Source: an uncultured Candidatus Binatia bacterium
GTDB taxonomy: Bacteria > Desulfobacterota > Binatia > UBA9968 > JAJDTQ01
Direction of reading: 5' to 3'
Assembly: GCA_965242525.1 (NCBI GenBank)
Contig: OZ251459.1
Coordinates: 2,720,001 to 2,784,000, forward strand
Length of the DNA: 64,000 nt
Positions 38,254-48,800 of this stretch are shown here, piece after piece (position 1 is the first letter of the stretch; each line of letters opens with the position of its first letter). The notes under the pieces are model-generated. The model ran no database searches. It worked only from the letters and a program-made list of their open reading frames with translations, and was not told where the DNA came from. The position numbers were made by a program, and so were the translations under genes.

Positions 38254-38259
38254 GTGCAG

Positions 38260-38465
38260 TTGCAACAGTCGGCGTAGGTATCCGCGTGTCGGGTCACCTG
38301 CCGAATACAAGAGCTTTTTGTGCGTGGCAAGGGGTAGCTCCCCGAGCCCTAGTGAATAAGCAGGACTCTCACTCTACCTACGTGTGACTGTTGCAATGGC
38401 CCGGCAATCCTGCCGGGCTGTGGAACTGATGGCGTAGGATGGGTTCACGGGACGTTTTCCCGTGA
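38260..38465 (+). ncRNA. Putative structured cis-regulatory / antisense-type leader RNA
   Basis: TTGCAACAGTC-GG-CGTAGGTA (38260-38280) can pair with TACCTACG-TGT-GACTGTTGCAA (38375-38396). Internal hairpins: TCGG..CCGA, GGGGTAGCTCCCC, AGTGA..TCACT. Further hairpins at 38399-38418 and 38445-38465 lie next to the RBS. Confidence 0.5.
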
Positions 38466-38481
38466 CGAAAGGAGAGAGGGA

Positions 38482-39594
38482 ATGAAGCGCGGACGAAGAT
38501 GGACGATGGCTTGTGTGCTGGCGGGGTTGATGGTGCTGTCAGTGGGATGTTCCGGGGGCAAGGGCGGTGGTGGCTCAGTGGCGCCGATGTCGGCGCCGGT
38601 GGTGAACCCGACCACTCCAACGCAGAGAAACTATGAGCGGCTGGCACGGACGAATACGGCGGCGCAACCGGGGAGCGCCCGGGCGGCGGCCAATGCCTTG
38701 CCAGAGTTCGGAAGCATCGTGCAGTCCAGCAATAGGGACGCTTCGGGCACAACCACGGACACTGTACGGGTAACCTTTGAAGGCGACAACATGAGGGCGA
38801 TGCTTACTCGACAGGACGGGAGCACCCTGGTGATGGATACCGCGACGGATGCGATTGAAAGCAATCCAGCTTCTCGGTCTTTCGTCGAAGGAATTTCCGC
38901 CAAGGACTGGACACTCATCGATCTCAACGACCGCTATATTGCCGTCGTAGGCCGTGCTTGGGCAACGGCTTCTCCATCCCTATGGGCTGGTTATGGCTAC
39001 TGGCTTCACTTGCCGTCCGGCGGCAGCGCGGAGATGGGCAGCTTCATCGACAGCCCGGATCTTCGGCTGTCTGATCGGCCCACCATGCCGGCCAGCATGA
39101 ACGCAACATATCGGGCAGCGGCTGAGGGTGGTTATGTAAGGGAGTATGGGACATTTGCTCCCCGTGTTCCAGGGAGCACGGAGGTAGGACAGTGGACGGG
39201 GGATCTTGTTTTGAACGCAACGATAGGCGGCGGAACTAACAGGGTCTCCGGTTCGATCGACAACATCCAGAGCACAAGGGCTGTTGGTGCAACGCCATCT
39301 GGAATCGGGTTTGTCGGTGGTTTGACTCCGTACCCTGGCCTCCGTCTTGATCTTGGTTCGGCGCGCATTACTCCACGAGGAACCTTCCGGGCGAATAGTG
39401 TGAGATGGACCGACTCAGGTTCAGCGTATCGGATCACTTCCTCAAGCGGTTCCTGGGGCGGGATGTTCTCGAAGACGGTCGATAGTAGTGGCGTTCCGGT
39501 AGCAGCAGGGGGAACGGTCGGGGGTAGCGTGTCCTATGCCACAGGGGACAATGTCTCCTACATTGGCGCATGGGGCGGATTACGCACTCAGTGA
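38482..39594 (+). CDS. Surface lipoprotein with a TbpB-like C-terminal beta-barrel
   Basis: Lipobox LSVG-C followed by a Gly/Ser linker; beta-rich G/S/T body with GYGYWL, GSWGGMFS and a terminal YIGAWGG strand. Confidence 0.65.
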   Translation: MKRGRRWTMACVLAGLMVLSVGCSGGKGGGGSVAPMSAPVVNPTTPTQRNYERLARTNTAAQPGSARAAANALPEFGSIVQSSNRDASGTTTDTVRVTFEGDNMRAMLTRQDGSTLVMDTATDAIESNPASRSFVEGISAKDWTLIDLNDRYIAVVGRAWATASPSLWAGYGYWLHLPSGGSAEMGSFIDSPDLRLSDRPTMPASMNATYRAAAEGGYVREYGTFAPRVPGSTEVGQWTGDLVLNATIGGGTNRVSGSIDNIQSTRAVGATPSGIGFVGGLTPYPGLRLDLGSARITPRGTFRANSVRWTDSGSAYRITSSSGSWGGMFSKTVDSSGVPVAAGGTVGGSVSYATGDNVSYIGAWGGLRTQ

Positions 39595-39646
39595 ATGCTA
39601 TTTTTGGCTCTTCCGATTTTTGTGTGGGTAGGGTCTCACTGCCTAG

Positions 39647-39676
39647 CGTTCCCTCCCCCTCAAGGGGGAGGGAACG
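39647..39676. repeat. Perfect hairpin (REP-type 2 / possible bidirectional terminator) between convergent genes
   Basis: CGTTCCCTCCCCCT-CA-AGGGGGAGGGAACG. Confidence 0.65.
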
Positions 39677-39774
39677 GAGTTCTCCGCAATACCGAACCGA
39701 GGACGGCAAAGTCGGAATCAGATCTCGCCGCGTGTATAGGGAGTGTGGCAACCCACACGCAATCCTGAAATGCC

Positions 39775-42700
39775 CTATCTTTCTTCCAGAACGATCGGCA
39801 CATCGAATCCCCCTTCGACGCCAATCACGAAATCCAGCGACTTGAGCCCCCGGGCCTGCTTGGCGGCATCCGCACTGAAATCATGTTTCGGCGCGCCTTG
39901 CACGCGCCAAGCTCCAAAGCCTTGGTCAAGCAGAATGGTTATACTCCGGCCATCTCCAAGACGAAGTGCAAAGCTTCGGGCGTGGGGTAATTCCGATTTC
40001 CCGCGGATGTCGATCTGCGCATTCGGCAACAGTGCCTGGAGCACAGCATGGCGCATAGCGTCATCGGCAAAGGTATGGAAAATAGTCCATCCTTGTCGTT
40101 CAGGACTGAATATCCGCGCCGTCGATACGAACAGGTCCGTCTCTTCTGAGCCAGGCATCCTCCGAACTACCTCGAACATAAGTCGCAGAGCAAGAGGCGT
40201 CAGAAGGTAACGATCCGTGTAGGTCAGGGTTTGGATCTTGTATGTGCGGATCGCCGCAACCGTCAATGGGGACTCCTCGGCCAAGAGTTTCCAGAAGGTG
40301 CGACCGAATGAAGCAACTCGACCGTCGAGTCGTATGCCAAGCCGAATCAAGCGCGCATTTCCGCTGGAAAGTTCTACAAGCCGGCTGCTTGCCAAGGTTT
40401 TCGGTGCAGGTAGATCGGGTGAGGGTCCCTGAACTAGTGCTACCTCGGTGCCGCGGCCCCATTGAAGGCCTGGAATTGCATCCTTGTCATCGTGTGCAGC
40501 GATGGCGGTGTTTCCATTCGCGTTCTTGACTACAGCCACTATTGGGAAATCGTTCGCTCTCGGCAGATCAGGGACTTCGCCTAGAGTTGCATGGGTCGCC
40601 AACCGATGCAAATCGAGCCGTTGCGCCAAATCCATCGACCTGTTGACCAAGATGCGACTTTCTATTACGAGTTCAAGCTCTATCCCAGATTCTTTCAGCC
40701 GGGCGAAATGCTCAACGACCGGCCAAGCGGCAAGCTCCCATTCCGATGGGGAACCGTGCAGGTAGAGTCTGACTGCGGCAAGCGTCCCTGTCCATCTTCG
40801 TCGATCAAGCCATTCGATGAGCGGCAGGCCCAGAATAGTTGTATCTGGGCCGAATACTCGCATGGCCTCTGGAAGTTGGAGCCGGTCTCGAAGGGCTTGC
40901 ACGACATCCCTTCCGCCTGGCCGGTCGAGTAGTTCCTTTTCAAAGCTGAGGTCGGGACGCAGAACACAGGCCGGGCAACCATGTGTGCAATCCTCCGGAC
41001 AGGAAAGTCTTTCGAGAGCTTGTTCCAGACAAGCATTGAACCATTCCTGCTCTGACAATCGCAAAACGAGCCCCGCGCCCCCAGATGCACGGTCATAAAG
41101 GAAGGCGGATACCCGGTTCTCGCCACTTGGACCGGCCGAAAGACCAACGGCGACGCCGATCTCACGAGCCTCGGCCCCGAGCCGTCCGGCAAGTGCCTCG
41201 CGCAGTGCGGCGGCAAGCGCGAGTCCCTGATCCCGGCGAGTGCCGTTTGGTAGTTGAAGCTCGAATACATCGGTACGGGAGTCGTGAACGAGGCGAAGAT
41301 TTCGTTGGATCCGTTGCGGCTCGGTGTATCCTCCTGGACAGTAGCCGTGTGCCAATTTCATCTCTCGAGCTTCGGCCAGCGGAAAATGTTTTTGGATCTG
41401 GGATGGAAGTTGGGACCCCGGTCCCTCCTCGGTCTCGGCCTCGGCTCGTCCACAGGAAAGACACAGCGCATAGCCCTTACCCTTGAGTCCCGAGCCGAGT
41501 GTGATTACTTGTCCATCTGGGTCTGCACGTATCCGCCCTGCCTCGGGATCCGGCAATGCCCGCCACGGGGAGCCTGCTGCCGAGAGCCGAGGCATTTCAT
41601 AGATCGCGGGGCCAAGATTCTCGTATCCGGTGTGAGGAGCACGGCGACCAAGGAAACCCGCGGGCCGCAGGCAACGCTTCCAACCCCTTGCCGGTGTGTC
41701 GCATTGCGGGCAGACCGCAGGAACAGCACGCGCCAAGTCGAAGTAGCGGCAAGACGGACACTCCCAGAAGTCTTGCAGGTCTTCCAGGTTCGAGGTATCG
41801 GTCCTTGCTCCCCAAGCGGGGAAGACGCCCTCGGAGCGATGTACGAGACCATCCACTACGATCTCCGCTCCCGGTGCATACTCGCGGATCGCCACGTCGA
41901 GCGTACGGGAGGCACCCCCCCGGTACTCGCCGAAGGCGATTACACCGGCCGCCTCATCACGATGGTGGCCTGAGAGATGATCGAAGGCCACAACATCGAC
42001 CGGAAAGCCGTAGGACGGCGTAAACCCACGCCGGGCGAGTTCCCCCAGAAGAAACTCGCCTTTCATGCGGCGTGCCCGCATCTGAAAAGCCTTCTTCACC
42101 TCTGTCTCTCTTGCCGCTTCACGCCGGGCAAGAAGCTCTGAGTACTCGCTACGCCAGCGGCCCAGAATCCTTTCGAAAGCCTCAGCCGTCTCGGCCACGA
42201 GGTACGCAGAGGCTTTGCCTTCCAGTGCCGTACTGCGCGTCAGATGAGCGAGATTGGCTGCGAGTACATCGTTCCGGCCCCAGTCCCCTCGCAGGGCGTC
42301 CAGAAAATCGTTGGCCACAGATGCTGACGCCACAGGTGTGTCGGCTTCCTCTGTCGCTCCGAAGCAAGCGCCGGCCGACGCCTTCAGGTCAAAGCCGTCA
42401 GGTTGTTCCCGAAGGAACGCGGCGAGCAGCGCGGCATGGACATGACGAGCAACAAGCCGGGCGCTATCGAATCTTACGGCCGGCGCCGTGACAGGCGCTG
42501 AGAGGAGTCGCGTGGGTTTGTCGAAAACAATCTGGTCGAGCGGAAGATCCCGGCAGAACGTAACACCAAAAGTCCAAGGCTCTCTCCGTCGTCCGGCTCG
42601 GCCTGTCCGTTGCCGATAGTTGGACACCGAAGGCGGCACGTTGGCATTGACCACTATTTGGACATTCGGGATGTCCACCCCCATCTCCATCGTGGTAGAG

Positions 42701-45700
42701 CAGTTGAGCAGATTGATTCGCCCTTCTTTGAACCGTGTCTCGTAGTCGGCAAGCACGAGACGTTGGATCTGCGCCGAGTGTTCTTGTGCGCGAAGGAACG
42801 GTGCATAGATGGCGACGCGATCGTGAAGATCAGTCCAGAGACCCGCTTGGCGCAGACCTGCGATGACGGCATCGGTCTCGCACCAGCGCATCACCTCGTC
42901 TCGGTGGACGGGATCCAACCCGCCCGCATTGGCTGCGGGTGGGCGTGGCAGTTCGATGGGTGAAAGCAACCGGTTTGGATCGTAGGGTGACCGTCCCGCA
43001 GGTGAATACCCAAAGATCCGCCGAGTGATCGGACAGAGCCAACCCTGGTCGAGCCGCTCCACGGCTGCGTTCTTGAAATCGAGTTGAAAGACACCGCCGC
43101 CAACATCGTTGGCGGCCGTCGAGGCGATGAGGGACCAGAGAGATGCGAGTACCTCACCCGCTAGGTCCTGATCCGTCTTGTTGTCCCAATCCCCTCCAAT
43201 TAGCGCATAAATCAGACGATGTACTCGGGATGGGCGCCCGTGTCTTGGATTCGGGACAGGCCATGGCCGGCCGCCTACGGGGAGATCGGCCTGGTCGAGT
43301 CCGGGAGGATAGATGGAATTGAGATGCTGTCCTGAGCGTGGGCTTACAAACCGGATCATCCAGTCTGGCATGATCCGGGTTGCAAGCTGGGCGCGGAATA
43401 CGAAATCCACCGCGGCCAATGCGAGTCCGATCCATCCGTCGGCGTCGACTCCCACGTCATCGAGAATACGGGGTAATCGTGTGCGGGCTGTGTCTTCGAG
43501 CTTGGGGAATGACAGGCGCACGAGCCCCATCGTCTCGGCGTTGTTCTGCACCTTGGGACGTCGGAAGAGCTCACGGTAGAGGAACATTGTCGCGAGCTTG
43601 TCCGGCTCGTTGGCCATCTCGCGCCCGCCGAGTGCCCGTTCGCGCCAGACATCGGTGGCGAACTCGCGCAGCTCGGACTGCTGTGCGAATCGCTCTACCA
43701 ATTCAGTCCAGGGGATGGGTTTAGCATTGCCGGCAAGTTGCGCTTCGATATTTCGGATGTCTTCGGCGAATTCCGGATCGTTGAATTTGCGAAACTTCGC
43801 GAGCTTCCTTTCAAGGTTGGCACGGTCTGCGCCCTCTGGGCCGCGATTCTCTTGTGCGGCGTGGTAAAGGAATGCCCGTGTCAGGTTTCGTTCCGCATCC
43901 TGCTGAAGCTTTGCCGCCAATCTCGCGGTTCCCTGACGACTGTCGGAGAACGTGATCGCACGCCGCCCACCCATTGGCAGGCCAGCTTGGTCCAGCCGCT
44001 GGGCCAGAGATTCGATAAATGCCGGGACTGCTGTACCCATGAAGAAAGGCGGGCCGTACCGCTGCGGGACGAGCCTCGCGCGAGTCGATTCGGGACAGCA
44101 AGTGCGCGCCGATTCGTCCTCCTCCAGCGCAAGGCGCACCGAGCGCGCATCCTGTGGGGGCGCGTTGTCGAACACCGTCCCGTCATCGAGCTTGAGAAAG
44201 CGGTCATCGGAGTTGTTTCGTGCAGGAGACAGAACGACAGTGTCGCTCGCGATCGGGCCTTCATCCTCGATCTCTGTGTCAGGCTCGGCATCCACCGCAA
44301 AATCGTCCGTCCCGATGGTGCGTAGCGGCACGAGCCGTGCGGAGGCTCCGGCTTCGAGTCCGGCGAGTAGGTGTGGTGTGCCACATTCGTTGCAGGCGAA
44401 GAGCTCGAAGACCGGAGCGCCACACTCGCAGGTGTCGCGTTGCTTGAGCCAGACTGCGCCGAATCCCCAACCCGAACCATCGGCAGACAGTTCGGGATCT
44501 CGGTGCTGACAGGTTGTATCGACACAGACCCAGATCCCGCCTTGTGAACGGTGAAAGATGTGTGCCCGCCACGGCAGAAGCCGGGTCTTGGTCGTCGCGC
44601 ATTTCGCTCGGGCCGCCGCATCGAGCAAGGCTTGGGCTTCTGCTTTGCGTCTGACATCGGCAGAACCGAACAAGATCTTGGCCACTTCGGTGAGGGTAGC
44701 GCTCTGCTCCGATAATGCCTGTTTGAGGGTCCGAATACGTGGATGAGGCGCCAGAATCTCCCAGAGGGCAGTAGAATCGAGTTCTTCCATACCTCCCGGT
44801 TCAAGCGGTGTATCTTCCTGTGTCGGAGGCAGGTCGGGTTCCACCGTGCGCCCTTCGATCACCCGTACATGTCTCTCATCCAGACCGGCGAGGTCGGAGG
44901 TAAAACGCCTTAGCTTTCCTTCGGTTCCTTCACCCTCGCTGATCGTCGCCGAGGTTGCCATCAGCCGCACTTGGTCCGGCGCGACACCGAAGGCGGCACG
45001 TACCCGGCGGAGTAGAAGCGCCATCTCGGCTGCTTGCGCGCCGATGTAGCTATGCGCCTCGTCCAGCACGATCCAGCGCAAGAGTCCTTGCGACCGTTCC
45101 AGAATTGTGCGGTCTTGGGTACGCAAGAGCAGGTATTCCAGCATCGTGACGTTCGTAACAAGAATTGCAGGCGGGGTATCGCGGATCTCCCGCCGGTTGC
45201 CGACTTCGGCGGCGGCGAGCCTGCTGCGATCCGTCTCGCGGGGAGTCTCGGGTGTAAGACCATTGTAGAGTGCAAAGCTCATCCGGTTTTGCAACGTCTC
45301 CGTCCAGGCTGCGAGGCGCTCTCGCTGGCTCTCGATCAAGGCGTTGAGTGGATAGATCAAGATCGCGCGCACCCCAGTGAGCTTGCCCCTTGCGGAGTCG
45401 CGCAGCAGGTCATCCAGTATCGGGACCATGAAGCACTCGGTCTTGCCCGAGCCGGTGCCGGAGCTGACAAGACAGGACAGACCCTCCCGGGTTGCTTCCC
45501 AGGCGGCAAGCTGATGTGACCAAGGGCTACGGTCACGAGGCATCCGTTCCGTCCTTGCTCCATCCAGGGCTGTGACCAGATCGGGGTGCAGTAATCCCCC
45601 CGAAAGATCATCGAGACTGCAATCGGCAGATTCCCAAACGCGGGATGCCTCGAAGACCGGATCGGCCAGAAGTGAATCTTTCAGTCCCGGCTCGCTGGAA

Positions 45701-45819
45701 AGGCGACGCAACAGAGCCGCGTTCAGCGCGGGAGACGCGAGCCTGCCTCGCGCGATAACTGACGACGCCGCACGGGCGGATATACGGGAGAGCGTCTCGC
45801 CAAGATGTGAAGCGGTCAT
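39775..45819 (-). CDS. druE: Large DEAH-box helicase with DUF1998/MZB domain; Druantia DruE-like
   Basis: 2014 aa; SGTGSGKTE, YPLNAL, TNVTMLE, LDEAH, SAT, FSDSRQ, EHSAQ, STTMEMGVD, QRTGRAGR, C-terminal CPEDCTHGCPAC. Confidence 0.8.
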   Translation of the reverse strand: MTASHLGETLSRISARAASSVIARGRLASPALNAALLRRLSSEPGLKDSLLADPVFEASRVWESADCSLDDLSGGLLHPDLVTALDGARTERMPRDRSPWSHQLAAWEATREGLSCLVSSGTGSGKTECFMVPILDDLLRDSARGKLTGVRAILIYPLNALIESQRERLAAWTETLQNRMSFALYNGLTPETPRETDRSRLAAAEVGNRREIRDTPPAILVTNVTMLEYLLLRTQDRTILERSQGLLRWIVLDEAHSYIGAQAAEMALLLRRVRAAFGVAPDQVRLMATSATISEGEGTEGKLRRFTSDLAGLDERHVRVIEGRTVEPDLPPTQEDTPLEPGGMEELDSTALWEILAPHPRIRTLKQALSEQSATLTEVAKILFGSADVRRKAEAQALLDAAARAKCATTKTRLLPWRAHIFHRSQGGIWVCVDTTCQHRDPELSADGSGWGFGAVWLKQRDTCECGAPVFELFACNECGTPHLLAGLEAGASARLVPLRTIGTDDFAVDAEPDTEIEDEGPIASDTVVLSPARNNSDDRFLKLDDGTVFDNAPPQDARSVRLALEEDESARTCCPESTRARLVPQRYGPPFFMGTAVPAFIESLAQRLDQAGLPMGGRRAITFSDSRQGTARLAAKLQQDAERNLTRAFLYHAAQENRGPEGADRANLERKLAKFRKFNDPEFAEDIRNIEAQLAGNAKPIPWTELVERFAQQSELREFATDVWRERALGGREMANEPDKLATMFLYRELFRRPKVQNNAETMGLVRLSFPKLEDTARTRLPRILDDVGVDADGWIGLALAAVDFVFRAQLATRIMPDWMIRFVSPRSGQHLNSIYPPGLDQADLPVGGRPWPVPNPRHGRPSRVHRLIYALIGGDWDNKTDQDLAGEVLASLWSLIASTAANDVGGGVFQLDFKNAAVERLDQGWLCPITRRIFGYSPAGRSPYDPNRLLSPIELPRPPAANAGGLDPVHRDEVMRWCETDAVIAGLRQAGLWTDLHDRVAIYAPFLRAQEHSAQIQRLVLADYETRFKEGRINLLNCSTTMEMGVDIPNVQIVVNANVPPSVSNYRQRTGRAGRRREPWTFGVTFCRDLPLDQIVFDKPTRLLSAPVTAPAVRFDSARLVARHVHAALLAAFLREQPDGFDLKASAGACFGATEEADTPVASASVANDFLDALRGDWGRNDVLAANLAHLTRSTALEGKASAYLVAETAEAFERILGRWRSEYSELLARREAARETEVKKAFQMRARRMKGEFLLGELARRGFTPSYGFPVDVVAFDHLSGHHRDEAAGVIAFGEYRGGASRTLDVAIREYAPGAEIVVDGLVHRSEGVFPAWGARTDTSNLEDLQDFWECPSCRYFDLARAVPAVCPQCDTPARGWKRCLRPAGFLGRRAPHTGYENLGPAIYEMPRLSAAGSPWRALPDPEAGRIRADPDGQVITLGSGLKGKGYALCLSCGRAEAETEEGPGSQLPSQIQKHFPLAEAREMKLAHGYCPGGYTEPQRIQRNLRLVHDSRTDVFELQLPNGTRRDQGLALAAALREALAGRLGAEAREIGVAVGLSAGPSGENRVSAFLYDRASGGAGLVLRLSEQEWFNACLEQALERLSCPEDCTHGCPACVLRPDLSFEKELLDRPGGRDVVQALRDRLQLPEAMRVFGPDTTILGLPLIEWLDRRRWTGTLAAVRLYLHGSPSEWELAAWPVVEHFARLKESGIELELVIESRILVNRSMDLAQRLDLHRLATHATLGEVPDLPRANDFPIVAVVKNANGNTAIAAHDDKDAIPGLQWGRGTEVALVQGPSPDLPAPKTLASSRLVELSSGNARLIRLGIRLDGRVASFGRTFWKLLAEESPLTVAAIRTYKIQTLTYTDRYLLTPLALRLMFEVVRRMPGSEETDLFVSTARIFSPERQGWTIFHTFADDAMRHAVLQALLPNAQIDIRGKSELPHARSFALRLGDGRSITILLDQGFGAWRVQGAPKHDFSADAAKQARGLKSLDFVIGVEGGFDVPIVLEER

Positions 45820-48800
45820 GCATGAGCCTCCTTCGCAAAGAGAAGATGAAGAGCCGCGGGTAAGGCAGTGTCGAAATAGATGGGATCAACGAGGCGCAAG
45901 TTGATAAGGATCAACTTTTCCGGGACGCTCGGAGCGGCCCTTCTGCCTGCCGCCATCTCGGCGGCCACGAGAGGGGCATCGATCACCGATTGGGCGTAGG
46001 GATTGAAGCAGAGCTTCGCGGGGCGGTGGAGCGCTTCAAGACCCTGTACACCGGACGGCAAGCGGTCGAAGCGTCGAACCGCATCCTGCGCGCTTTCAGT
46101 CAGACGATCTCCGGGGTTGGGGAGCAATAGCGGCTTCAGCATTTCCTGTAGCTCGGGGGAAAGAATGAACCGGTAGAACAGATCGGCCTCCATCAGTGCC
46201 CACACAAAATGCCCGGACAACTCTGGCATGATTGTCGATATCTGACCGATCCGTTTGACGAGGCCACGATCCGCCTCGTCTTCCAATTCCTGTGCCTCGA
46301 AGAACGGTGATAGCTTTGCCAGTATGCGTTTGCGATCAGCCTGCACTGCTTCGGTAAAATCGGTTACCGGCACCGTTGGCCAGAAGATTGGAGCAGCCGT
46401 GTCCAGAGCTCGGATCTCCCACAGGTTAGAATAAGGGTGAATGCGTAAAGCCATAGAAATCGCAGCTTTCGGTACTTGGGCTAACGCCTGTACTTCATCG
46501 AGTACTCCGGCATCACCTCTCTGCCCCGCGGCCGTGATTAGATGCGATAACCGCTCCCATTCAGGATCCTCCGGGGTAGAGACCAGTCGACGCCATTCCT
46601 CCGCGTAGATCTCGATCCGTTCGTCACGGGATATTTGTGGTGTCGGACGCGGACTCCAGACGACGGCACGCTGAACCCGTCCTTCGAGACATGGTTGGAT
46701 CAGCCAAGGTCCACCTGTATCGCCAAGTAGCGAATGGAGGGAGGCAGGTGAGGACCCGGAATCGTCACGCAACCTTCCGGGGGCGCCCATATCGACTGCA
46801 TGGAACGTAAAGGTCTGGCTTTTGCACAGTTGACTTGCCAAGGTCGTTTCAGGTGTGATCGAAGCATCTCGACCAAGACCAACGCGCAAGAATCCGTCTT
46901 CGATCACTGTCCGCTCGTGATAACGTCGGACCTCTAATCGCCTGCTTTCGTCGCCGCTGACTACCAGGGACAGATTCACCTGTGCGTCGGGTCCGCCTTG
47001 AGCCAACATCGCTTCGATCAAGGGGCGATGGGCGGTAAGCGATCCTTCCCCCGCGACCGGTAGAGCAATTGCACGCCGTCCCTTTAGCTGTAGCTGGAGA
47101 TCGCCACGCGATGTTTCCGGCACGACCACCCGCCATCCATAAAGCCCCTCGACAGATATCGGCCGATTGTCGAGAAGCCGTTCCCCCTCCGGGTCAAGGA
47201 TCATACCGCTTCGAGCCGGCCAAGGAGTCTGAAGATTGAGCGCGGCGCCGGTCACCGGTTCGGACAGCCTGAGGTCGATCAGGCCCGGAGCCATACCTTG
47301 CGTTTTCAGAGACAATTTCACAGCGCCGCCGACAACGTCATCTCTTGTTTCGACTCCACCAGCCCGCATGGCGACGCGCCACTCGCTTTCGAGTCCTTCA
47401 GCTTCGAGGGTAACTTGCCCTGGACTTGCCTCTCGCAGTTCGAAATGTGTGTCTTCGGGAATTCGGAAAAGCTGAAAACTTGCCAAGGTAGCGCCTTGTC
47501 GCACCCATTCGACGATTTCGCTGAAGAGAAGCTGCCCGCGCGTTCGTTGAAGTTCGTGCTCTGGAATTCGGTATAACCCGGATGCGCCGATCTGTCCGAA
47601 GAAGACTATTTTGCCTCGGTAAAGTGGCGCGTCTCTCTCAAGACGCCATCCACGCAGGATCTTGCCAGATACCGTAAACCGTGCTTCAGGTGCTTCGTCC
47701 TCGGAGTCTGTCTCGATCCGATAGTGCCTTTTGCCAAGTTCGAGGCTGCCTTTTCCTGAGATACGCCAGAGAAACCCACCAGGCGCGATTTCAGGTTCTT
47801 CAAGCCTCAGGCCGGTATCAGTCTCGGGATCGACATCCGGAGACGTCAAGAGCCAAAGGCAAGCCGCCCGTGTCTTCCCACCACTCGACAGGGACGTCAA
47901 CCGCTGGGCTGCGGTGCCTTCGGTCCGATCTACGCTTCTCCAAAAGCTTGGCGCTTCCTCCGGAGCGGGAACTCCCGGGTCTATCACAGCCTCTCCTTTC
48001 ATCCGGCCGTCGGCGAAGGCTGTCAGTGTGAATGGTTCCTGTGGATGAAATGGAAACGGCACCCCTCCAGGTGCCCCAAAGCGGCGGAGCCGCCAGCCCC
48101 TACCCTCAGGTGCGGCACTGTAGGTGAGTCCGTCGATTGACTTTGTCCCTGTGGGCAGCAGTCGAAGTCTGAGTTCCTCGGCATCCGGGAACAACGACGC
48201 GGGCAGCCACCCGTCGTCATTGAGAGCCAAGTAACCATGCCAAGCCCCCGTTTCGTCACGCCGTAGTTCACGCTTGCACAATGGTCCCGGCACAGCAGAG
48301 GGAGATTCACGTTCGGCGCGAAGCGCGGGATGTATGAGGGTTTCGGCGATTTTCGGTGTCATGCGCAGGGGAAGGCATGATATCCAGCCGTCCCTGTGCT
48401 TGTTCAGCCAACATTCGGTCGCCGCCTCCGGCAGATCGGCGGGCAAATCCGCGCGAAGCGCAGCGAGAGAAAGTGCGAGCCCGGCCAGAAGTCGAGCGAT
48501 ATCAGGGTATTGGAAGGTTTGAGGCAGTCGCACGACCCAGCGTGCTGCGATCCGATCCGACCACGACTCTGCAGCCACCCCACCTTCAGCCTCGATCTCC
48601 TTCAGAAGTCCCAACACAACATCGCGATAGAGTCCCGGGCTGCTTAGAAGCGCCTCCGGAATTCCGCCTTCGGCCATGAGGCTGTAGAGAAACATACGGG
48701 TACCCGCATCTGATACCCGGATCTCACGGTCCCACCATGCGAGACCTTTTTCGGTAAGTTGTCTGCCAAAACCCTGATCCTCGGGGCAGTCAATGGCACT

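Noticed and set aside
38260-38400. tRNA, or a known riboswitch such as c-di-GMP or cobalamin
   Set aside because: The structure is multi-branched but has no TTC T-loop/CCA end or recognisable aptamer consensus; kept only as an unclassified structured leader.
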